A stretch of 45,154 nt of DNA, taken from Candidatus Vogelbacteria bacterium. Lineage in GTDB: Bacteria > Patescibacteriota > Minisyncoccia > Phycocordibacterales > UBA12445. The notes beneath the pieces are model-generated. The model made no database searches and was not told the DNA's origin. It worked only from the letters and a program-made list of their open reading frames with translations. The position numbers and the translations under genes were made by a program. This document shows, in pieces, positions 38,836 to 45,154 of the stretch (position 1 is its first letter; every line of letters starts with the position of its first letter). Location: contig JACQCV010000022.1 of NCBI GenBank assembly GCA_016201465.1, positions 1-45,154 of the forward strand. The letters are read 5' to 3'.

Positions 38836-41751
38836 ATGAAAAATTTTACTTGGAGAATTTTTTTTGCTACTTCCATTTTGTCGGTTGTTTCAGTATATGC
38901 GGTGGCTTATGCGACTTACGCCTCCACCACCATCGACTCAAACATCAACACGGGAGGTACTCTTGATGTTACTGGTGCTGTAACTCTAGGTAGCGCTACT
39001 TCCACAGCCTCCAATGGGTGGAATATCTCTGCTGGCTGTTTTGCTATTAATGGTATATGTGAGGGGACGGGGACCGTAACATCAGTCAGTGGCTCAGGTG
39101 GAACAACAGGTTTAACACTAACCGGTGGAGCCATAACCACCTCAGGAACTCTAACTCTTGGAGGCACACTAGCACAAGCTAATGGTGGCACTGGTGCATC
39201 AAGCTTCGGTATTCCTTTTTACACATTCTTTAATGCGACCACTACGGACGCATTAACTCAGGGTTCTTCTAACAAATATTACTCGACTCTTCTTTTTGCC
39301 ACTGATTTAGCGGGTACGACAACTGATGCCCTAGCTGGGGGTTCTACAAACAAATATTTCTCTAATTCACTGGTCGGTGCGTATATCTCAGGTTCGACCA
39401 CCGTCCCTCACATCGGTGGTGATGCCTATGGAGGTAACGATATGCTTGTCTGGAATGGTTCCGCTTGGACGGTGGTGGCGACTTCGACGTTGGGGATTAG
39501 TGGATCGTCACAGTGGATAACCAGTGGATCAGACATTTATTACATAACTGGAAAAGTGGGGATTGGGAATACAGGTCCCACAGAGGCTCTCGACGTGGCA
39601 GGTAATGCAAATATAACGGGAGTATATAAAATTAATAATGCTACTATATTACAGGCAGACGGTAACATTGGTACCAATGGCGCTAATATTGCCTTAGGCT
39701 ATTTAAGTGGTTCCGCTGGCACTTGGGATGCAGGAATTACATCTCTTGGGTCTGAGGCTGGTAATCACACATATGATGGCTATCAGTGGCAAGACACGTA
39801 TGTTGGAGCATTTGCTGGTCAGAATAATTCTGGTCATTATCGAACTGGCAATACCTTTATCGGTCATTCGGCGGGAAAGGATTCTACGGGGGGCCAGAAT
39901 AACAGTTTCCTTGGCTTATCAGCAGGGCAGAGTATTACAGGATCGAATAATACATTTCTTGGTACAAATGCTGGCTATACCGACGGAAGCGTCGTGAGTG
40001 ATATAACGGTAACCAATGCTACTGCGGTCGGCTATAACGCGGAAGTCACCCGAAGCAATTCGCTTATTCTTGGTGGTACTGGAGCTTACGCCGTAAATGT
40101 CGGCATCGGCACCACATCTCCATCAGCTGAGCTTGCAGTAACTGGAGGTCTTTTTACTACCGCTTCCTCCACAATGATGAATGGCATTGATCTTACTGGT
40201 GGTTGTTTTTCTGTTAACGGAACTTGTATAACAGCAGGGACCGGACCACAAGGTCCAGCAGGTTCTAGCCAGTGGGCAGATGGTGTAGGTGGTGTGATTT
40301 CTTATATTGCCGGAGATGTAGGTATTGGAACCACTAATCCGACTGCGTTGCTTGACGTCAACGGTCTTGCCTCAACTACCAATCTAACTATCTCTGCCCT
40401 CGGTACACCAGCAGGCACATTCCTTGCGGTTGATCCTATGGGAAATGTTATTGCGACCACGACGCCATCGGGGGGGGGAGTGACTGGTTCTGGAAACTCG
40501 GGCCAAGTTACCTACTGGAACGGCACAGGTTCAGTGGCTAGTAGTGCAGGATTTCTTTTTTCTGCACCAGCGGCTGGTGCGATCTTAACTCTCGGTGACA
40601 ACTCTAGCACTGGTGGCAACATGAGTATAACCCCGGGTACTGGATCAGGAAACACATTTAGTGGTCACAGTAATCTCCTTATTGGGACAAACAATACAGC
40701 AGACAATACTAGTCTTGCTGTCGGATCAGGAAATAATGCTGGTAATAACTATGACGTACTCTTTGGAGAGAATAATTCTACTCCTGGTTGTAACGATTGT
40801 TTTGCTTTTGGAAACAGTAACGCTGCAAGTGGTCAATACTCACTTCTCGCTGGTCAAAGTAACACAACTGCAAGTATAGACAACATGGCCTTTGGAAATA
40901 CAAACCTTGTGGCGGGTGCAGGAGCAATAGGTATCGGTTCGTTTACAAACACAAATGCGACCCAAGCCATAACAATTGGTAGCGGTGTGAATAATGGAAA
41001 TAAGCTAAGTAATATTATTGCAAACTCTCTAGCAATTGGATTTAATAGTACTGTTCCAACACTGACAGTGACAGCAAGTCCAGGTCCAGGAACTGATACC
41101 GTCGGTAATGTCGGCATCGGCACCACATCTCCATCAGCTGAGCTTGCAGTAACTGGAGGTCTTTTTACTACCGCTTCCTCCACAATGATGAATGGCATTA
41201 ATTTAACAGATGGCTGTTTTTCCATAAATGGTATGTGTATTTCCGGTGGCGGTGGCGGAAGTACTGCAGCTAGTTCAATAACCAGTGGGACGTTTGGTGC
41301 TGGTGATTACGTTTTTCCATCTATTCTGACTGTTAATGACAACATTTCTACTTCCTTTATTTCAGCAACATCAACAACGGCCACTTCAACTTTCTCTGGC
41401 AGTATTCAAGTTGGTGGGAGTGCAAGCACCACTCAATTAGTAGTTGGCGGTGTCGGTGGAACTACGGGGACTATAAATAAAATGTTGTTTGGAACATGCA
41501 CATTTACAGATGGGGTTGTGATGGCCGGTGCCACACAAAGAATAGAAACTTGTAAAAATGCAGACGCGTCAGATTTAGTGGGAGTAATACACGGGGATAT
41601 AATAATCGTTACACCAACGTCATTTGTTAATCATGTTGTCATGGGCTCTGCTTCGTCAACAGTCGATGGATCGATTTCGATAGCTCTTGATGCTGGTGGA
41701 GCACCTGTAACTCCCGGAACCGCCGTGTTTAGTTGGATAGATTTGAAATAG
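38836..41751 (+). CDS. 971-aa tail-fibre-like, Gly/Thr/Ser/Asn-rich surface protein with an N-terminal anchor
   Basis: N-terminal TM FFATSILSVVSVYAVAYA. Tail-fibre-type motifs: ANGGTGASSFG, GKVGIGNTGPTEALDVAGN and VNVGIGTTSPSAELAVTGG (twice). These motifs are shared with the N-terminal part of the giant protein. Confidence 0.8.
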   Translation: MKNFTWRIFFATSILSVVSVYAVAYATYASTTIDSNINTGGTLDVTGAVTLGSATSTASNGWNISAGCFAINGICEGTGTVTSVSGSGGTTGLTLTGGAITTSGTLTLGGTLAQANGGTGASSFGIPFYTFFNATTTDALTQGSSNKYYSTLLFATDLAGTTTDALAGGSTNKYFSNSLVGAYISGSTTVPHIGGDAYGGNDMLVWNGSAWTVVATSTLGISGSSQWITSGSDIYYITGKVGIGNTGPTEALDVAGNANITGVYKINNATILQADGNIGTNGANIALGYLSGSAGTWDAGITSLGSEAGNHTYDGYQWQDTYVGAFAGQNNSGHYRTGNTFIGHSAGKDSTGGQNNSFLGLSAGQSITGSNNTFLGTNAGYTDGSVVSDITVTNATAVGYNAEVTRSNSLILGGTGAYAVNVGIGTTSPSAELAVTGGLFTTASSTMMNGIDLTGGCFSVNGTCITAGTGPQGPAGSSQWADGVGGVISYIAGDVGIGTTNPTALLDVNGLASTTNLTISALGTPAGTFLAVDPMGNVIATTTPSGGGVTGSGNSGQVTYWNGTGSVASSAGFLFSAPAAGAILTLGDNSSTGGNMSITPGTGSGNTFSGHSNLLIGTNNTADNTSLAVGSGNNAGNNYDVLFGENNSTPGCNDCFAFGNSNAASGQYSLLAGQSNTTASIDNMAFGNTNLVAGAGAIGIGSFTNTNATQAITIGSGVNNGNKLSNIIANSLAIGFNSTVPTLTVTASPGPGTDTVGNVGIGTTSPSAELAVTGGLFTTASSTMMNGINLTDGCFSINGMCISGGGGGSTAASSITSGTFGAGDYVFPSILTVNDNISTSFISATSTTATSTFSGSIQVGGSASTTQLVVGGVGGTTGTINKMLFGTCTFTDGVVMAGATQRIETCKNADASDLVGVIHGDIIIVTPTSFVNHVVMGSASSTVDGSISIALDAGGAPVTPGTAVFSWIDLK
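40096..40198 (+). repeat. 103-bp exact intragenic direct repeat, copy 1 (partner at 41107..41209)
   Basis: aatgtcggcatcggcaccacatctccatcagctgagcttgcagtaactggaggtc...gaatggcatt reads identically at both sites. Confidence 0.85.
40470..40478 (+). repeat. G9 homopolymer inside the tail-fibre-like gene (codons S-G-G-G)
   Basis: catcG GGGGGGGG agtg, counted directly. Confidence 0.95.
41107..41209 (+). repeat. 103-bp exact intragenic direct repeat, copy 2
   Basis: See copy 1. Both copies encode NVGIGTTSPSAELAVTGGLFTTASSTMMNGI. Confidence 0.85.
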
Positions 41752-41770
41752 TTTTAACTTAATTTCAAAA

Positions 41771-42048
41771 ATGTCAAAACAAATAATAATTGAAGAATCA
41801 CCAATTTCAAGATTTATTTTTTCCGATACGCGCGCGGCCTGGCTGTGGTTAGTTATAAGATTGTACGTGGGCCATTTATGAACTTTAATTACTTATTGGC
41901 CGGTACACTCAGCATAAATCCAGTTTTGTTTACATTAAGTATTGGAATAATTTTAGCCTGGAAGGTGGCTGGGTATATTGGCCTTGATCGATTTGCCATA
42001 CTCTCATTAGGAACACTATGGAAACCCGGATCTATATTTACTTCTTAG
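41771..42048 (+). pseudogene. DoxX-like membrane protein pseudogene (internal deletion plus frameshift)
   Basis: The ORF from ATG 41771 encodes MSKQIIIEESPISRFIFSDTRAAWLWLVIRLYVGHL, then TGA at 41879. A different frame from 41878 encodes MNFNYLLAGTLSINPVLFTLSIGIILAWKVAGYIGLDRFAILSLGTLWKPG. These look like the N- and C-terminal ends of one DoxX-type protein with the middle missing. Confidence 0.5.
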
Positions 42049-42085
42049 ATTTTGATATTCTTACAAAAATCTATACAATGTTCGG

Positions 42086-43795
42086 ATGACTCAGAACGAG
42101 GCAATTTCGATACTTAAGACCGGTGCGAACGTATTTATAACCGGCGAGCCAGGTTCAGGTAAAACACATGTTGTAAATCAGTACGTCAGATATCTGGATA
42201 ATCACGGCGTTGAAGTCTCTGTTACAGCATCGACTGGTATTGCCGCTACCCACATAGGTGGACTAACAATACATTCTTGGAGTGGAATTGGTATTAAAGA
42301 TAGATTAACTTCTCATGATCTTGATCGAATTGCTTCGACCGAATATATAGCTAAGAGAGTTGGGCGTTCCAAGGTTCTTATAATCGATGAGGTTTCGATG
42401 CTCTCGCCAGAGATTTTGACTATGGTTGATATGGTTTGTCAAGAAATAAAGCAAAGAGAGTCTCCGTTTGGAGGCCTACAAGTTATTTTAGTTGGCGACT
42501 TTTTCCAGCTTCCGCCTGTAGTTAGAGTCAATTCAGACGAAGGTTCACAAATCTCTTTATTAGATGAAGAGGGAACCACAAATCGGTTTGCCTTTTGTTC
42601 ATCAGTTTGGGCCAAAGCCGGTTTGACTACTTGTTATCTGACCGAGCAGTATCGCCAAGATGATCAGGTTTTTCTTTCAATACTTTCCGCAATACGAAAA
42701 AATACATTTGGCGGGGAACACTTGAAACATCTTAATAAACGGAAAGTTTTACCGAATGCTATGCCGTCAAATGTACCGAAACTTTTTTCACACAATGTAA
42801 ATGTTGATACTGTTAACGACGCGACACTTGAGAGAATCAAGGATAAAAAGGAAATTTTTCAGATGATGTCAAGTGGACACGATGCTTTAGTTGCAATTTT
42901 AAAGAGAGGGTGTCTTTCGCCTGAAACACTTGCTCTTAAATTGGGAGCCGAAGTAATGTTTACTAAAAATAGCCAACAAGAGGGCTATGTGAATGGAACA
43001 TTGGGAACGGTTATCGGATTTGAGAGTGATAGACGATATCCGAAGATCAAATTAAGAAATGGAAAAATTTTGACTGTTGAACCGACAGAATGGATTGTCG
43101 AAGAGAACGGTAAGATTAAGGGTAAGATCGTCCAGATCCCGCTCCGTTTGGCCTGGGCGATAACAGTTCACAAAAGCCAGGGGATGAGTATGGATGAAGC
43201 GATCATGGATCTCTCTAGAGTCTTTGAATATGGTCAGGGATATGTGGCACTTTCACGGGTACGTAGATTATCCGGACTTTACCTCTTGGGCTGGAACGAG
43301 CGTGCCTTTAAAGTGCATCCGGACATTTTGACTAAAGATGAAGAGTTTAGGATAAGTTCAGAAGCTGCTCGTGAAGGTTTCGCTAAGATGAATCAAAATG
43401 AGCTAACTGAGATGCATAATAATTTTATAATCGCCTCGGATGGGAGTTTAAATGCTTTGAAAAAATCAAAGACGGGCGAAATCAAAGAGCAAGATACAAA
43501 ATTAATTACCCTGGAGCTTTGGAAACAAAATAAGAGTGTTCCAGATATTGCTAAGATTAGAAGAGTTAAGGTGCAAACAATTTTTTCACATATTGAGGAT
43601 TTAGTTGAAAAGGGAAGAATAGATCGTGACGATTTAAGAGCGACTCTTTCTCCAGATGCTCTGAGGGATTTGGTGAAAATCCACGCCGCTTTCAGAGATC
43701 TTGCTACTGATCGGCTCACACCTGTGTATAAAAAGTTTAACGAAAAGTATTCGTTCGAGGACATCCGTATTGCGAGGATGTTGTTAATTAGGTAG
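42086..43795 (+). CDS. Pif1/RecD-like superfamily-1 DNA helicase with a C-terminal HTH-like domain
   Basis: Walker A GEPGSGKTH and Walker B LIIDEVSML. Also VGDFFQLPPV, EQYRQ, ITVHKSQGMSMD and YVALSRVR. Confidence 0.85.
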   Translation: MTQNEAISILKTGANVFITGEPGSGKTHVVNQYVRYLDNHGVEVSVTASTGIAATHIGGLTIHSWSGIGIKDRLTSHDLDRIASTEYIAKRVGRSKVLIIDEVSMLSPEILTMVDMVCQEIKQRESPFGGLQVILVGDFFQLPPVVRVNSDEGSQISLLDEEGTTNRFAFCSSVWAKAGLTTCYLTEQYRQDDQVFLSILSAIRKNTFGGEHLKHLNKRKVLPNAMPSNVPKLFSHNVNVDTVNDATLERIKDKKEIFQMMSSGHDALVAILKRGCLSPETLALKLGAEVMFTKNSQQEGYVNGTLGTVIGFESDRRYPKIKLRNGKILTVEPTEWIVEENGKIKGKIVQIPLRLAWAITVHKSQGMSMDEAIMDLSRVFEYGQGYVALSRVRRLSGLYLLGWNERAFKVHPDILTKDEEFRISSEAAREGFAKMNQNELTEMHNNFIIASDGSLNALKKSKTGEIKEQDTKLITLELWKQNKSVPDIAKIRRVKVQTIFSHIEDLVEKGRIDRDDLRATLSPDALRDLVKIHAAFRDLATDRLTPVYKKFNEKYSFEDIRIARMLLIR

Positions 43796-43807
43796 AAGGT
43801 ATCTTGT

Positions 43808-44068
43808 AAAATAAGCCTTTTCTCACCAACCCATTGACAAAACATCTAATAGTATTCTATACTCTGTTCAGATAAAAATAATAAAAAGCTAGCTCTTCAC
43901 ATCAAATAAAAGTTCAAAAAACCTTGATGCGCATCCCAACGTGGAGGCATCATATACCTCGATTAAATTCGAGGGGAAGGAGCTGTCACCATGACGGTAC
44001 ATGAGACTGTCGCCGACGGCAAACTTGGGAACGAGGAGCTTGGTCAATTCACCCGCAAGGTGGACGAA
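43808..44068 (+). repeat. 260-bp direct repeat, right copy
   Basis: See the left copy at 22110..22369. Confidence 0.9.
43834..43863 (+). promoter_or_regulatory. Second copy of the TTGACA, 18 nt spacer, TATACT promoter
   Basis: TTGACA at 43834-43839 and TATACT at 43858-43863. Confidence 0.55.
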
Positions 44069-44125
44069 TCCCAGTCTCACCCCACGTCGGTAACGGCGTG
44101 GGTTTTTCTTTTTTTAAATTTGTAA
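43991..44125 (+). pseudogene. Truncated second copy of the 204-aa ORF (26 shared codons plus 18 unrelated codons)
   Basis: It encodes MTVHETVADGKLGNEELGQFTRKVDE, identical to 22292.., then SQSHPTSVTAWVFLFLNL*. At 44 aa it falls below the ORF-track cutoff. Confidence 0.6.
44081..44115 (+). terminator. Rho-independent terminator
   Basis: cccacgtc-ggtaac-ggcgtggg followed by TTTTTCTTTTTTT. Confidence 0.8.
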
Positions 44126-44137
44126 TAGAATGGTTAG

Positions 44138-45154
44138 ATGGAAACTAAAAAAAATGGAACGGTAAATAGTGATCGTTTCGATTATCTTTTTATTGGAACA
44201 GGCAATTCGGCATTGACGGCGGCGGCGCTCCTAACCAATTCTGGAGCCAGAGTTTTGATGCTCGAAGCACACGATATTCCCGGTGGTTATGCTCAATCTT
44301 TTGCCTGGGGGGACTACTTTTTTTGTGGGCAGGTCCATTATATATGGGGTTGTGGTCCGGGCGGCAAAATTAATGCTTTTTTAAAAAAGATTGGACTCGA
44401 CAAAGAGATCACCTTCAATTTATATGATCCTGATGCTTACGATATTATGGCAATGCCCGACGGCAAGAGAGTCGGTATACCATATGGTTGGGAAAGACTT
44501 GCAAAAAATATTGAGGAGGCCTATCCGGGTCAGGGAGACCGTGTAAGAAAATTTACCAGTATAATTGATAAGATTCGAAGAGAAGTAGCACACTTTCCTG
44601 ATCGGAAGATTAAGTGGTGGGAATTCGTGGTTCATGCCCCTCAATTTTGGAATCTTATAAAGTACAGAAATAAGACGCTTCAAAACGTTTTTGATGAATG
44701 TGGACTTTCTATAGAGGCACAAACTGTTCTAATTGCGAACGCTGGTAATTTTATGGCTCCTCCGACTACCCTTTCTATTTTTGCGTACGGTGCTCTTATG
44801 GCCGGATATAATGGGGGCGCGTATTACCCTACCAAGCATTACAAATTTTATATAGATCGACTCGCTGAATTTATTGAGGAGCATCGTGGGTCGAGGATTT
44901 TATATAAGACCGAGGTGACGGGCATAGAAGTTTTTGGTGATAAAGTGACATTGGTTCGTACTAAAGATGGTAGAACCTTTAGTGCTAAAACTATCATTTG
45001 TAACATGGATCCCAAGCGTGCGGCCGACATGATTGGACTGGAAAAGTTTGATAATGTATTTAAGAAAAAGCTGGATTACACGTATTCTCCATCTGGTGTT
45101 ATGGTCTACCTTGGTCTTAAGGATATCGACTTAAAGAAATATGGATTTGGGAAA
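44138..45154 (+). CDS. Phytoene-desaturase-family NAD(P)/FAD-dependent oxidoreductase, 3' end beyond the window
   Basis: Hand translation from ATG 44138 gives METKKNGTVNSDRFDYLFIGTGNSALTAAALLTNSGARVLMLEAHDIPGGY, a GxGxxA dinucleotide fold followed by E-x-(5)-GG. The frame stays open to the window end. Confidence 0.7.
   Translation, partial: METKKNGTVNSDRFDYLFIGTGNSALTAAALLTNSGARVLMLEAHDIPGGYAQSFAWGDYFFCGQVHYIWGCGPGGKINAFLKKIGLDKEITFNLYDPDAYDIMAMPDGKRVGIPYGWERLAKNIEEAYPGQGDRVRKFTSIIDKIRREVAHFPDRKIKWWEFVVHAPQFWNLIKYRNKTLQNVFDECGLSIEAQTVLIANAGNFMAPPTTLSIFAYGALMAGYNGGAYYPTKHYKFYIDRLAEFIEEHRGSRILYKTEVTGIEVFGDKVTLVRTKDGRTFSAKTIICNMDPKRAADMIGLEKFDNVFKKKLDYTYSPSGVMVYLGLKDIDLKKYGFGK

Noticed and set aside
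43393-44080. Minus-strand ORFs 43393..43845 and 43889..44080
   Set aside because: The first is antisense to the helicase 3' end. Its MFCQWVGEKRLIL start merely reflects the 260-bp repeat, and the same peptide appears in 21749..22183. The second is antisense to the truncated repeat copy.

Overview
AT-rich (~35-40% GC by hand counts) bacterial window. Gene content suggests a Candidate Phyla Radiation/Patescibacteria-type genome, but that is inference only: few Shine-Dalgarno sites, giant surface proteins, a DGR. The left end is housekeeping: pilin-like genes, tpiA, pgk, an RluA-family pseudouridine synthase, rplS and tRNA-Leu(GAG). Next comes a surface-protein locus: a peptidoglycan-binding exoprotein, two tandem pairs of WxL-like and DUF916-like genes, and a 2535-aa giant protein. 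The giant combines tail-fibre-like repeats, 14 BNR/Asp-box blades, LVIVD repeats and an internal peptidase-S74 module. After a PduO-type adenosyltransferase and tRNA-His(GUG), everything looks accessory. The tRNA abuts a truncated serine-recombinase remnant. A 260-bp promoter/leader/5'-CDS module then occurs twice (22110-22369 and 43808-44068), bracketing about 21.7 kb. The main system sits just inside the left copy: a diversity-generating retroelement. It has a clear DGR-type reverse transcriptase (23330-24343) and an Avd gene on the opposite strand, frameshifted in a G10/C10 tract 22 nt upstream of the RT start. A GC-rich 204-aa candidate variable protein lies alongside. I could not find a template repeat. 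Further right are a cassette-like array separated by three copies of a repeat with minus-strand coding constraint, a RelB/YafQ toxin-antitoxin pair, and a lipid-handling neighbourhood. That neighbourhood holds a presenilin/SPP-like protease, an MFS transporter, an LCAT-like lipase with an SCP2-like tail, PP2C, a cytidylyltransferase and an acyltransferase-like gene. It is followed by a 971-aa tail-fibre-like protein with a G9 tract, a DoxX-like pseudogene and a Pif1/RecD-like helicase. GC-rich genes with strong Shine-Dalgarno sites are scattered as discrete patches among AT-rich genes that lack them.
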